A DNA stretch of 64,000 nucleotides from Octopus vulgaris (GCA_951406725.2 OX597816.1:21948001-22012000), one strand, 5' to 3'; positions 26,701 through 40,422 are shown, counted from the first letter of the stretch. Notes: generated from the sequence alone by a model not told the origin. Made by a program: numbers and translations.

Positions 26701-27060
26701 TTATTTTCCCGTAAAAATAAAAATTCAAATAATTTTTTACAACAAACCTCAATGATACTTCAAAATAGTTTGTTTGTTTTTGTAGCATCAACATTCCTGG
26801 ATGAACTTCCGTACTTTAAGGTCAAATAAACATCATTTAGAAATATCAAATCAAATGTAACAAACCGTTACCAAAATCTTGTTTACTGTTAAATGAAGCG
26901 GCGAGATTTGTAGTCGAAAAACTCAATCAGTTCCAGTAGCTTTTTTTTCAAAAGTTCCTGAGGGTCTTCGGGATATGCACAAAGATCAAAAGATCTGATC
27001 CATTGCTTTCTGATATAAGTGATATTTCAAAAATGGATGAAAGAAAATGTAGTATTCTTC

Positions 27061-27133
27061 TGCAAGGGGATACTGAAATGTTCCTAGCTTCGGCTAACAG
27101 AAAATACAGGAGGATCAGTTATGATTATATTTA
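27061..27133 (-). mobile_element. Mariner-like terminal inverted repeat and 3' end
   Basis: TGCAAGGGGATACTGAAATGTTCCTAGCTT resembles CGAGGGGNTGCTGAAAAGTT-type mariner TIRs; abuts a C-terminal transposase-like unit. Confidence 0.5.
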
Positions 27134-27714
27134 GCATATTCCACTCTCAGATTCACACACTTACAGCAGCGGTCCTTCAATTTTCTCTAAGCCCTCTAAA
27201 AGAACTTAGAAGGTTGGGTAATGCCCTTTATGTAATGCGTAACAATCTCAGGTTTCAGATCTGTGAATGTGTTCTTGCATATTCCACTCTCAGATTCACA
27301 CACTTATAGCAGCACTCCTTGAGTTTTTTAAGCCCTCTAAAAGAAATTGGAAGGTTGGGAAATGGCCTTTATGTAATGCGTAACAATCTCAGGTTTCAGA
27401 TCTGTCAATGTGTTCTTGCATATTCCACTCCCAGATTCACACATTTATAGCAGCAGTCCTTGAGTTTTTTAAGCCCCCCAAAAGGAATTGGAAGGTTGGG
27501 TAATGTCCTTTATTTAATGCGTAACAATCTCAGGTTTTCAAATCAGGTTGCAAATCTGTGAATGTGTTCTCGCATATTCCACTCTCATATTCACACACTT
27601 ATAGCAACGGTCCTTCAGTTTTTCTAAGCCCTCCAAATGAACTTGAAAAGTTGGGTAATGTCATTTATGTAATGCGTAACAATATCGGTTTTCAGATCTG
27701 TCAATGTGTTCTTG
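27134..27714. repeat. Minisatellite, 4 units of about 141-154 bp
   Basis: GCATATTCCACTC starts at 27134, 27277, 27418 and 27572. Confidence 0.95.
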
Positions 27715-28076
27715 CTAGCGCTGGCGCTTTGCAGTGAGCAACATTACTTTGAAAATACTATACAGAACATGTTACTTCGTGTAATTACATTTCAGGGACT
27801 GAAAGTGCCACGACTGCATTAACCAAATTAAAAGAGAAAGTAATATAGAAATTTCAAAAACTCTATTCAGAAACGATATCAAAATGAATGGCTTCTTTTC
27901 AACTCGCATAATATATCAATGAAATTTTATCTTAGTGAATCCGTGTTTTCAAAGACATTACTATGTAAAAATTCTGGTAACAACAATACATTTTCTCAAG
28001 AGATATTGCAAGCATCCAGTTAATTTTCATAAATATCAAATGTCTTCAGTTTTTTTTTTTTTTCTCTATTAAACAG

Positions 28077-28099
28077 AGTGAGGTTAATAACTTACAGGA
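28077..28099 (+). other. Candidate 23-nt microexon (SEVNNLQ)
   Basis: Long T-tract-CTCTATTAAACAG acceptor and GA|GTAAGT donor; frame 0 open; no supporting neighbouring exons. Confidence 0.25.
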
Positions 28100-28299
28100 G
28101 TAAGTCAATACTTACGAAATGAAAGTTCATCTAAGTTAATAAGTTTAATGTCAAAATGAAGGCCGTCAATTAGATAAAGACATTGATCCTTTTAACAATT
28201 CTTTCATTTTTAACTTACGGCGTTCTGAAGTGTGCTACTAACTGTGTGGTCGGAGTATTTGATTGGATGACTATGTTGCTAAATGTCTACGATTTGTCT

Positions 28300-28343
<44 letters not shown>

Positions 28344-28752
28344 ATTCTACTACTACTACTACTACTACTTCCACCACCACCGGCACTACTACTACTACCA
28401 CCACCACCACCAGCACTACTACTACTACTACAACCACCACCACCAGCACTACTATCACTACTACCACCACCACCACCACCACCACCATCAGCACTACTAC
28501 TACTACTACTACAACCACCAGCACTACAAATACTACTACCACCACCACCAGCACTACAAATACTACTACCACCACCACCACCAGCACTACTACTACCACC
28601 ACCACCACCAGCACTACTACTACTACCACCACCACCACCACCACCACTACTACTAATACTACCACCACCACCACCAGCACTACTACTATTACTACTACTA
28701 CTACTACCACCACCACCACTACAACTACAACTACCACTACCACCACCACCAT

Positions 28753-28783
<31 letters not shown>

Positions 28784-28785
28784 GA
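28300..28785. repeat. Compound (CTA)n/(CCA)n/(GCA) trinucleotide array
   Basis: Read directly; source of the poly-T/L/P/V/S ORFs. Confidence 0.95.
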
Positions 28786-28925
28786 ACACTAATTTTTTTG
28801 TGGTCCAATGATTTTATAAACCAAAGTGGTTTTGCTGACCATGGCTACTCTCTAAATGTGTCATGAAACCATGATGTGTTTAGATATATGTTAAAATTAA
28901 TAAACTAATGGATTTTACAGGTATA

Positions 28926-29118
28926 GGCGTAGGAGTAGCTGTGTAGTAAGTATATAGGCGTAGGAGTGGCTGTGTGGTAAGTAGCTTGCTTACCAACCAT
29001 AAGGTTCCGGGTTCAGTTCCACTGCGTGGCACCTTGGGCAAGTGTCTTCTACTATAGCCTTGGGCCGACCAAAGCCTTGTGAGTGGATTTGCTAGACAGA
29101 AGCTGAAAGAAGCCCGTC

Positions 29119-29170
<52 letters not shown>

Positions 29171-29383
29171 TTACGTTTGTCTGTCTGTGCTTGTCCCCAC
29201 AACATCGCTTGACAACTGATGTTGGTGTGTTACGTGTCCGTAACTGAGCGGTTCGGCAATAGTGACCGATAGAATGAGTACTAGGCTTATAAAGAATAAG
29301 TTCTGGGGTCGATTTGCTCGACTAAAGGTGGTGCTCTAGCATGGCCACTGTCAAATGATTGAAACAAGTAAGTAAGTAAAGAG
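28926..29383 (+). mobile_element. SINE family A with duplicated first ~30 bp
   Basis: TATAGGCGTAGGAGTRGCTGTGTRGTAAGTA occurs twice in tandem, then a full body. Confidence 0.9.
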
Positions 29384-29802
29384 GTGTTGTTATTTGTTTA
29401 ACTAAACTATTTTCATAAAAACATGTGACGTAATAATTGATTGATTGAATGCTCTGTTACTGAGCGTCTTAATGATCAATGTCTGACCAATGATTTCCGT
29501 CGTAACGATCTGTTGCACACATACCAATTTCTCAGGAAGAAAATAAAACAAAAAATATTTTTTACTCGACTCCCTGCAATCGCTATAAGCATTTCCAAAG
29601 TGTTACATATGCAACTCAACAAAAAGCTCATCTATACTAAGTATAACAACCAAATGATGCTAAATCAAACCCTACGATTCTATGAACGCAAAGTAAAAAT
29701 TAAATCATGCAGTCTTATAAACCCCTAAACATTACTTTATGCTTACAGCTGAAAGGAAATTAGGCATATTTTAATCAACCGAGCATGCTGCATGATAACA
29801 CA

Positions 29803-30448
29803 TTCTACTATTGGCACAAGGCCTGAAATTGGGGGGAGGCGGATAATCGATTACATCGACCCCAGTACCAAACTGGTGCTTAATTTATCGACGGCGAAAG
29901 GAAGAAAGGCAAAGTCGATCTCGGTGGAATTTGAACTTAGAACGTAGCGGCAGACGAAATACCTATTTCTATTTCTTTACTACCCAGCAGGAGCTAAACA
30001 CAGAGGGGACAAACAAGGACAGACACACGGATTGAGTCGATTTCATCGACCCCAGTGCGTAACAGGTACTTATTTAATCAAGGCGGCGAGCTGGCAGAAA
30101 CGTTAGCACGCCGGGCGAAATGCTTAGCGGTATTTCGTCTGCGTTACGTTGTGAATTCAAATTCCGCCGAGGTCGACTTTGCCTTTCATCCTTTCGGGGT
30201 CGATAAATTAAGTACCAGTTACGCACTGGGGTCGATGTAATCGACTAAATACCTATGTCTGTCCTTGTTTGTCTGCTCTGTGTTTAGCCCCTTGTGGGTA
30301 ATAAAGAAATATGTACTTATTTAATCGACCCCGAAAGGATGACAGGCAAAATCGATGTCGGCGGAATTTAAACTCAGAACGTAGCGACAGACGAAATACC
30401 GCCTAGCATTTCACCCTGCATGTTAACAAGTATGCCAGATCGCCGCCT
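29803..30448 (-). mobile_element. Dimeric SINE B (head-body-B1 tail plus restarted body-B2 tail), interrupted
   Basis: Minus strand: head at 30448, B1 tail ending about 29964, restart GGTATTTCGTCTG, B2 tail ending about 29803. Confidence 0.8.
30082..30310 (+). mobile_element. SINE B nested in an opposite-strand SINE B
   Basis: 14-bp TSD GTACTTATTTAATC at 30066-30079 and 30313-30326. Confidence 0.92.
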
Positions 30449-30702
30449 TAGGTTTGCTACATGATGACACAACTAACAATAGCAGTAACATTTCCATTTG
30501 CAATTACTTATAGTTAGTTTGTGTTGAAACTCTGTAGTATGAGCCAATTTGTCTTGGGCACAGCACAGTGTTAATGGTGAAAAATTAATCATATTATCGA
30601 TTCGTACGAAAATTGCCTTGGCACGCTGAATTCTTAACAATACTACTCCAAATAAAAGTAGTAACACAAAATTACAATGCTTATTTCAACAAAAAAATTT
30701 GC

Positions 30703-30856
30703 AGGCTGTGTGGTAAGTAGCTTGCTTACCAACCACATGGTTTCGTGTTCAGTCCCACTGCGTAGCTCCTTGGGCAAGTGTTTCTACTATAGCCTTGGTT
30801 CGACTAAAGCCCTGTGAATGGATTTGGTAGACGGAAACTGAAAGACACCTGTCGTG

Positions 30857-30887
<31 letters not shown>

Positions 30888-31080
30888 TTGTACTCCCAAC
30901 GTCACATGACAACCGACGCTGGTGTGTTTTCCTCCCCGTCACTTAGCGGTTCAGCAAAAGACACCGATGGAAGAAGTATTAGGCTCGTGGAGAATAAGTC
31001 CTGGGGGCCATTTTCTCGACTAAAGGCGGTGCTCCAGCATGGCCGCGGTCAAATGACTGAAATAAATAAAAGAATAAAAG
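30703..31080 (+). mobile_element. SINE family A
   Basis: Near-full copy. Confidence 0.88.
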
Positions 31081-31319
31081 AAAATAATATATACACGTAC
31101 ATCTTTATATACAAAAGCTTGAGTTCCTGTTTTTTGTTCTCTTCCCCTATTTCTATCACACTGAAGAGGAAACCTTGTTGCAATGCTTAAATATATTATA
31201 GAGAGAGAAAGCAATTTATTGTAAAAAAATAGGCAGATCGGATATTTGGATAGGTAGATTCAGAGTGAGAAGGAGAGCAGTTTATGATATCCATGTAATC
31301 TTTTTTCTTCTATTCTTTT

Positions 31320-31718
31320 ATTTTTCTTTTACTTGTTTCAGTCATTTGACTGCGGCCATGCTGGAGCACCGCCTTTAGTCGAGCAAATAGACCCCGGGAC
31401 TTATTCTTTGTAAGCCCAGTACTTATTCTATCGGTCTCTTTTTGCCGAACCGCTAAGTGACGGGGACGTAAACACACCAGCATCGGTTGTCAAGCAATGC
31501 TAGGGGGACAAACACAGACACACAAACACACACACATACTTATATATATATATACATATATACAACAGGCTTCTTTCAGTTTCCGTCAACCAAATCCACT
31601 CACAAGGCATTGGTCGGCCCGGGGCCATAGCAGAAGACCAAGGTGCCACGCAGTGGGACTGAACCCGGAACCATGTGGTTGGTTAGCAAGCTACTTACCA
31701 CACAGCCACTCCTGTGCC
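31320..31718 (-). mobile_element. SINE family A
   Basis: Full copy, inverted relative to 30703-31080. Confidence 0.9.
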
Positions 31719-33699
31719 TATATAAATCTGTTTATTTATTTATTTATTGTTTGTGTGTTTAAACGCGGAAAGCACGTTGTCGGTCTGTGGGCTGTAAATG
31801 ACAGAGATAATTAGTTACGGCATATAATGAAACAGCTGTGGTTCGCCTGCTGTTGTCTTCCCGTATTTTCCAAGAATTAGGCAAAATCAGAGCACCATTA
31901 TGCCTCGATATGATTTTCACGATTCATATACATTCCGTTACGTATAATTGATTTCAAAATGATAAAACCACGCCGGATAGGTCCTCCGTACAGTGTGAAA
32001 AGATTGAGGTTCTCTAAAATGGGAATATTGTTTTTATTGTGGCAATGCAGAGAACAATATGAAATTCAACTTCTATGTAACATATTAGCTATACGCTTGT
32101 TCATTACTGATTCATTTATCACTGATCCGAGTGAAACGTAAATTAATGGTGAAGCGTATGCTGCTTGCCATCAATTAATCTGGGGTAACAGCAGTCTGCA
32201 ATGAGTCGAAGGTACTGCTAGGACCTCAACAAGCATACCATCTACTGTTAACAATTTTCAGTACAGCTTAGAGTTTCATAATAAAGCTTATTTTCTCATA
32301 TGTTATATTATTCATTTAGCACTGATTCATTTAACGCTGTTTTTGAGAACCAACCACACGTGATAAATGAAGATAGATCTATTTATTTCGTACAATTACA
32401 TTTAAAGAACAGATATTGCCACGAATACATTAACCAAATTAGAAAAGTATATATTCAGAAAATCGAGTTTCTTACCTATTCTCGAAAGCACATAACGTAT
32501 CAATGAAACGATGTGTGAATTATATTCTCAAATACACTCTGTTATGTAACAACATTTTTGTAACATTGCATTTTTCAGAAGACAAAGCCAACTTCAAGAC
32601 AATGTTCATATATATTAAATGTCTTCAAATTCTACAATTTGAGCTTAATACCGTACAAGATTACTTTAATATTTACAAAATGAAAGTTCATCCAGGTTCA
32701 GAGACACAATGAAAGCTGTCACTGAGAGGAGGTTACTGAGTGTTTTTACATTTATTTATTTCCGTTTCAACTTACTGTGATGTGTAACATCCTACTAAAA
32801 TTGGGTTTATAATATATTGTTGACTGGCCGTGATTTGTCGTTGCTTAACCTAGATCGGACGTATGCATTTCCATCATGTCTTTCTTTTACCATTACAGGT
32901 CGAAGAATGTTTAATCAATGTTGGTCCGTAAAACTTTTTATGTAAGCATGACCTGGCTTTGTTAATTTTGTTACATTGGTTATTCTCTGAATGTGACATC
33001 ATGAACATGGCGAAGATTCACAATTTGTTGCGCTTAGAAACAAAAGTGTGAGTCATGGAGAAATACTCTTGTAGAAAGATTATTTTTAAGGCGTGATGTA
33101 ATAATTAATTGATTGGTTCATCTACTACTATGCATCTCAACAACGATGTTTTGCTAGCACATCTTATTAGAAAATGTTTCCGTGATATTTAATGGAAATA
33201 AAAATATATAAACGAATAAACAACTGGAAAAAAATAGTATTTGAATGAAATACTTCGATACAGACCTAACGCTACAGATATTTTGAAACTTTTCACGACT
33301 TTTAAACAACGAAAGTGATCCCATAAAAGGATTATAATGGTAAATACTTATGCGCTAAGATTATTAGCTAGCTACATAATTTGAAGCGATATGAAGAGGC
33401 TGAAGTACATGCAGAAATCAACCACAAGATTTCTACGAAGTTGTGTCTGCTTCATTTAAAAAGAAGTAGGTATCAGACGAAAATGAAACATAAGAAGCAA
33501 ATCGAAATATTGCCTGAAAAAGACCTCAAAATTGTGCGACCCAACCTCTCCTCCGAGGTTATTTTAGTACTAACAAAGAGTTGTTGTGCCAAAAACATTG
33601 TTTATTTTGTAGCCTTTATATTGGGTCATTCCTTAAATAATCTGTTTTTTATGCTTCTTTTATTTTTCAATATTATGATAAACAAAGTACTTTTTTAAA

Positions 33700-34240
33700 A
33701 CTAAAATATACTCTTCTTTATTTTCTACAATGCTATTCGATCTATCTGGTAGTCTTGCAAGGTCCCTCTTCCAAAATTCCCTTGTTCGTGACAAAAAATA
33801 CTCCTCCGTACTGTTCTGACTTCGTCATATTTTTTCCGTCCTAATAATTTTGAAGAGTGCAGAATAAATGATAATCAGATGGAGCAATGTCCGGCAAATA
33901 AGGTGGGTAGGGCATTGTTTCCCATTCAAACTGCGCCAGCCGTTGGAAAGCCACCTTCACTGTATGTGGCCGAGCATTATCCTGATGTAAGAACACCTTT
34001 CGTCTTGAAACCAAACATGACCGTTTTTCCTTCTAGTGCTGACTTGTTGAATGACCAAATCCAAGATTCTCTGATAGTTCCTCAACAGTAACGATGAGAT
34101 TTTGTTCCAGAACGTCCTCAACGAGCTCTACAGAACTTCCAGGACGAAGCTTGTCATCTAGGCTCTATTTTCCGTCTCGCAATTTCTGGAACCACAGTTG
34201 AGACTGACTTACGCTTATTGTCCGAACCCCTAATACTGCA
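33700..34240 (-). pseudogene. Internally deleted mariner (DD34D) transposase
   Basis: HQDNARPH...PYPPYLPDIAPSDYHLF with 34 residues between the Asp residues; EFWKR..RLPDR...EEYI C-terminus; HTH part WFQKLRDG..DDKLRPG..TVEELSE; stops and frameshifts. Confidence 0.92.
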
Positions 34241-35034
34241 TTAACAATTTTTTTGTGCAGTTGTTCCTTCAAAAATATAAATTATTTTAAGGGTTACTCA
34301 AGGGTAAAATGGTTGAGAAACACTGCATTATAGCTTTGAAAAGATAACTTTTAAAATCGAACTGCACTCTTCAAAAGTTTCACTAAGAACACTATGGACA
34401 ATGAAAAAATTACTAACTGCTTTTCTAGCAAGTTGATACTGGTAATTTATCCCATCCCCTCCGATTTTTAGTTCAGTAAATTGAAAAAGTCGTATTACTT
34501 ACGAGATGACCCAATGCATATAGATAGATGATAATCCGCTTTCTTCATTATAGAACAGATGTGACTAATTTGGAGAAAACGGCTTTCGTTATTCACATAT
34601 CGTCACTCTCGTAATGCAACACTTAGTAATTTTGGTTCAAATTGAAAGTGTTACACAATTTTCACTTTCTAATAAAACATGGTCGTTGCAGAGCAGTGCC
34701 TTTCATATAATTAAAGCTGGTTGTTCAGACAACGTAGAAAATATGTAAATACAAATAAAGTTTATTTGGTAGCCGAAATATTACTGAATCTTTTGATACC
34801 CCATACGTCAAAATCGGGAACTCAGTTTTCGAATGCATAAGGAACATACGCACACACATATATGCAAACTCTGTTTCATATATAGAGAGATTATTATCAT
34901 TGTATCGATAACAACATACTTGGCTGAAATTGGCATAATAATTTTGATAGAACATGCGTAGCATATCAGAATATATGATATAAGAACTATTTTGTGATAG
35001 TACTGGATCGGTTATATAATTATAAAGTTAATAC

Positions 35035-35412
35035 AAACAAGAGCACTCAGAGAGCGCATAATTCCGCCATGACAATACCAATGTCCTCTCAACGATTAAC
35101 CGGAGTTGATTTTTAAAATGAGAATATCTTAAATAAGTTCAACTTCTCTCACAAACGAGAATACTAAAAATGAACCCGAACGAGCTCAAAAATTAAGTAA
35201 AACAAAAAGAAGGAAAATTAATCCAGAATCCTTGTCTGGTACAGGATCGATCCCAAAATTTAATCAGTCCGTGTCAATCATAAACCCAAATATCCCTGAA
35301 TGTTTCATCCGAATCCATCGAGCGGTTTTTTAGATATCTTGTCCAAGGTCAAACAAACAAACAAACACGACTGAAAACAATACCTCCGCCTTCGCTAAGG
35401 CGGAGCTAATAA
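35035..35412 (+). mobile_element. Non-autonomous Helentron/DINE-1-like element
   Basis: AACAAGAGCACTCAGAGAGCG start with TCCGCC, (AAAC)n, terminal hairpin CTCCGCCTT-CGCT-AAGGCGGAG (35384-35405). Confidence 0.6.
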
Positions 35413-36233
35413 TAACAAATATGATAATGATATTTAATGGTAATTCGGATAAGAGCTACAACTACAACAATAATAAACATAATGGCAATAATGATGATGA
35501 TGAAAATAATAATAATGCACTGGTGTTATTAGTAATGTTATGAAAAAGAGCATTACATGTTATAGCTGTGTTGATTATTTCGTCAATATTGATTATGGTA
35601 TTAATAATGCTGGAAATATTGATGATGTAAGTTTCGAGGACGGTGATGATGGTGATGATGGTGATGGTGATAACTTAATGATGAGTCATAAATAACTATG
35701 ATACTCAATCGCCTCCAAAAAAGGAACGCACAAAGAATGCCGTAATCCCTCTTATATAATCATCAATAGATTGTCTTTGGACGATAATTTTCCTAATTAC
35801 TTATCTAATAGATTTATTGCCCACTCATGGACAGCAAAAGAGAAGTGACAATCGTTATTAAATTTCTTTTAGTAGATTTATCCTGGTGTCGTTTATATCG
35901 ACGTTGTTGTTTAATCCTGGCATACACGGTGGTACCAAAATATATGCATATATAGAGAGAGTTGACTATTGTTCCTTAGCCCCTGTTCAGCTATTATAAA
36001 AACAAATCTCTGGTAAAATGTGTCCCAGATTTACTGCTATATATTTATAAATAATGTGTGGTGTTATTTGAGGAATGGAAATCTATTTGCTATTTGAAGC
36101 ACGCGGAGTAATCTTATCGAGAGACAAAGTTCCTTCGGGCACACCTCGGTTGAGGACTCTCGCTCTCAAGAAATAGCTCCATCAGAACAGGACTTGAAGC
36201 GCTCTGACAAAGATTTCTATATATTAATTTTAT

Positions 36234-36342
36234 ACATCCTTTCGGGGTCGATAAAGTAAGTACTAGTTACGCACTGGGGGTTGATCTAATCGATTGACCC
36301 CCTCCCCCAAAATTTCGGTTCTTGTGCCCAGAATAGAAAAGA
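36234..36342 (+). mobile_element. 5'-truncated SINE B (tail B2)
   Basis: CATCCTTTCGGGGTCGATAAA ... CCCCCAAAATTTCGG..TTGTGCC. Confidence 0.8.
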
Positions 36343-37650
36343 AAAGAATATACAGGAATTCCTGCCTAAGGCTTGACTTCTCTAAAGCCTCGTCTTAGGC
36401 AAATTAAACTAGAGAAACGGCTCAAATGTGACTGGCAAAGGTTGCAGGTTTGAAGGTTTCCAAGTTGGATTATGCGTACCGCGTTCTCTTCTCTGAGTAT
36501 ATGAGTGGAATGACGGCTTGTGTTGGTCGATTACATGCCTCATGGCCAAGGCAGATGTGGAAGAATCTCGCGGAGATGGGAACTAACTGGACACTGTTTG
36601 ATGTGTTGCACGGGAACACCCGAACGGCTATCGATAAAGGTTTGATGCTGAAATGCGCTGTAGGGGCACGTGCCTGAATACCCGATCTATTGACGGATGT
36701 ACAAATATAACATCCTTCCTTTCGTGGAGTTTGTGTTTGGCTTGGAACCAATTACTCCTATGTAATATGTATTTGAATTATTCATGCTGCGAAAAATTTC
36801 ATTAGCAATCAAGGCTCCGGGAAAGAATAGGTTCATATATAGAGAGAGCCCATGTATGAGAAGGTTTTTATGAACTACTTGCTTGGATAATCGCAGTTTC
36901 TCAAAATCTTTCAGCTCCTTGCATTAAATATGTAACATCCGACCGTATTTCATTAGAGGTGTTACAATCTAAGGAATTCTTATTGAAATTGTGGAAACTG
37001 ACACGCGGTATAGAAGGTTCATAAAAACAATCCATGTGGCGCCAGAAAATGTATTAATTAATAATTTAATTACAAAGGAGGAACTGACCACACACTGTAG
37101 TAATAAGCATGTGAGATTGATTATTCGCAATATTTTCATTAAAGTGTATTTGCCTGGCTATAGAGAAGTTACGTTGTATTCTTCCTAATTCTCAAACCAT
37201 TTGCGTTGCCTATTGTTAATGCATTGTTATCTGTATTCTAAAGCCAGAACGTAAAGTTTTAGAAAACAATTGTGCTAATGAACTCCACCATCCAATAGAT
37301 GTTGCTAATTAAACAAGTTTGATGAAATTTAGTTACTAAAATTAGTTTAATAAACTATTTGATTATTATTGTGCTTTAGCCCTGGGTCGTTCCTTGTGGA
37401 TTAGATATTATCAAAAGTATTCCTGACATGGAAAATTCGTATGACTTCTCAGTTATATCAGCTGCTTTCATTGTCCATCAGTTTTATGGAATTTTACACA
37501 AAATTTTGCCTTGAGAGTTGGGGAATCACAGATCAGATATTTTCGCATTCTCTTAGTTGAATTATAGAATCATATGACAAGCGTTTAGCATGTTTGAAAT
37601 GACGATGCTGTGTGTTTGCATGTGTATGCTTGTATGTGTGAGTGTGTGTG

Positions 37651-37691
<41 letters not shown>

Positions 37692-37868
37692 TATGCGTAC
37701 GCGTATATTTCATATAGGTAAGCATTGAATTTGAATAGATAAAAGTTAATACGGAATGAGAATTATAGACACAGACACACACACATATATATATGGAGCC
37801 TGTATATGAGTGTGTGTGTGTGTACATATACATATATATACATATGTAATTTTCATTTCCTTTTATTT

Positions 37869-37909
<41 letters not shown>

Positions 37910-37941
37910 ACAAAAGGGGCAGTTGGAATTTTGAATAATTC

Positions 37942-37984
37942 CTTATTAGCGCTTTCGCTCGTTCATCAAACTCGTCAGGACAAA
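37942..37984 (-). ncRNA. Minimal type I hammerhead motif
   Basis: CTGACGA-GTTTG(ATGAA)CGAGC-GAAA-GCGC-TA; palindromic AGCGCT stem III, CUA site, weak stem I; about 35 nt from a (TA)n tract. Confidence 0.65.
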
Positions 37985-38100
37985 ATCAAAATAAGAATGG
38001 TAAAATTAGAATTTTCGTTGTTGTTCATTCATATGAATTGGATGCTTTTTTGCTTTGTTTAGAGGAGAAAAATATTGATTTATTTTTCTTTTTGAAACTA

Positions 38101-39041
38101 TCTTGAACCATCACTTTTTATGTATCCCCAAAGCATCAGAGTCTTACCTTCAAACTTCACTGTTTTTGTCGTATAACGTGGGTCGTTTCGCTTTCCTCGA
38201 GGCCCGCTGACATATCCTCGCTTGTCAGAAAACGAAACGACACGCGTTACATGATGAAAATAGCGAACTTTGAGGGTAAGGGTCTGATGCTTTGGGGATA
38301 CATTAAATGTGATGGTTCAAGAACGTTGGTTGAAATTGATGGTAACTTGAATAGTGCCAAATACATCCAGTTACTAAAGGACAATTCGATACCAGACTTG
38401 GATGAAGGTGAGATTTTTCAGCATGATAGAGCTCCATACCACAGATCGTATGCAACGCAACAGAGTCTGGCTGATGAAAGGGTTACCGTATTATAAGATT
38501 TTCCATCTCAGAACACTGATTTAAATATCATCGAGAACCTTTGGAGAGAGCTACAGAGAAAAGTTCTTCAGAAGAATCCACCCAATCTTGAAGAGCTGTG
38601 GGAGCTCAAACACAGAGAATGGCATCTCATACATGTGAAGATAGTGAAAGATTTATACGCATCTCTTCTTAGGCGCATTGAAGTAATCGTGTGGCTAAGG
38701 AAAGCCACACGAAATATTAACAGTGTACAGTAAATTCTTGACATGAACATTATGTAATAGATTTTCATTATAGACATTTTTCTGTTTAAAAACGCTGTGT
38801 CTTGTTTGGTTTATGTGGTGGACGAAAACTTTTTCACGGCCATTTGTGGTCGTCATCTTGCATCTTCCCCTTTCATTCAGAACCTCTATTATAAAATATA
38901 ACTATTAAGTATGGAAATGACTCCAACAGAGCCTATGTTTTACCTGAAAAAAAAACGCAATGCGAAACATCAGTTTAAAGGTTGCCATTTAGTAGAGATT
39001 TACAATAGTTTAAGGAGGCTGAAAACTTTTGCACCGTACTA
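38101..39041 (+). pseudogene. Tc1-like transposase remnant with inverted duplication and right TIR
   Basis: LMLWGYI..G..NSAKYIQLL..FQHDRAPYH...DFPSQNTDLNIIENLWREL..P.NLEELW (one stop); TIR-like AAACTTTTGCACCGTACTATA at about 39023-39043. Confidence 0.9.
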
Positions 39042-39251
39042 TACATGAATACGGTAAATATAGTTTCTTTCACCTAAGTAATACTAATACATGCACATGC
39101 AAGTGTATCTATACGCACACTCAGACGCACACGATGATACACAACACACACAAGCACATACACACGCACACACGGCACAATGATGTCTCCCTCTCTCTTT
39201 TTCTTACGCCGCATTCTTAATATGTGTTTGTATATATAAATATATATATAT

Positions 39252-39470
39252 ATATTTCTTTACTACCCACAGAGGGGACAAAAAAGGCCAGGCAAAGAAG
39301 TTAAGTCTATTACATCGACTCCAGTGCGTAACTGGTACTTAATTTATCGAACCCGAAAGGATGAAAGGCAAAGTCGACCTCGGCGGAATTTGAACTTGCA
39401 ACGTCACGACAGACGAAATACGGCTACGCATTTCTCCTGGCATGCTAACGTTTCTGCCAGCTCGCCGCCT
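39252..39470 (-). mobile_element. SINE family B
   Basis: Full copy. Confidence 0.9.
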
Positions 39471-40346
39471 TATATAAATATATAGATATGCGCATATCTA
39501 TCTATCTATCTACATATACACAAACACGTGTATATATATATATATGACATACATATGCGTGCATATTTGCTTGAGGAAACTTAATATGTTTAATTATTTA
39601 ACTACAGGCGGGTGAAGAATCAAATTCCAACCCGTAAATATAAATATAACACACAGACGTATATATATGTGTGTGTGTGTGCGTCTGCGTCTGTGCGCGT
39701 AAGTGAGTGATTGTGCATGCTTGTGTATATGTGTGTGTGCATACGAATGTAAGTGATATTGTTGCCAAACAATACAAAGATCGCACATAATGCAAAAATA
39801 TTTATACAAAAAATACAACTTCATACTTTGACTATAGAGATATATAAATCAGCGAGAAATAAAAATAAAATTGATAGCGACTGAAATAGCTTATTTAATA
39901 TCCAGATCGATACTTTTAATTTTCGTTTAGAAGTTGATGCGTCATGTGATAGAACACAATATCGATATAAAGAAATCACTGACATATATTAAACAAGTTC
40001 ATTGAACTTCACATCATAGAAAATAAGTAAGCGCTGATGTTAGATACGTTTCTTTTTAATATGATGATTAAATTTCATACCTGGCTTTACCACGCAATAT
40101 CGTAAGATGATTTGTAATTACATAATAAACAGGCAATAATTCAGATGTATTCCATTGTCATCTTTTGATCTCTTAATTTTGGTATCTTCGAATAAATTAA
40201 AGTTTAAAGCTAGTAATGTTTCCAATACGTTGTTGGATATTGTGTCTATTTTTCCGCTCTGAAACACACACATCTGCACACACAAGTAAGTATATAGTAT
40301 ATACATGCATATATCTGTGTGTATGTGTCTGTGTGTGTGTAGATGT

Positions 40347-40422
<76 letters not shown>

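Noticed and set aside
27134-27714. CRISPR-like periodicity
   Set aside because: Whole units repeat with no unique spacers; eukaryotic context
28263-28811. Mucin-like, Pro-rich and Gly/Ser-rich ORFs
   Set aside because: Trinucleotide array open in several frames on both strands
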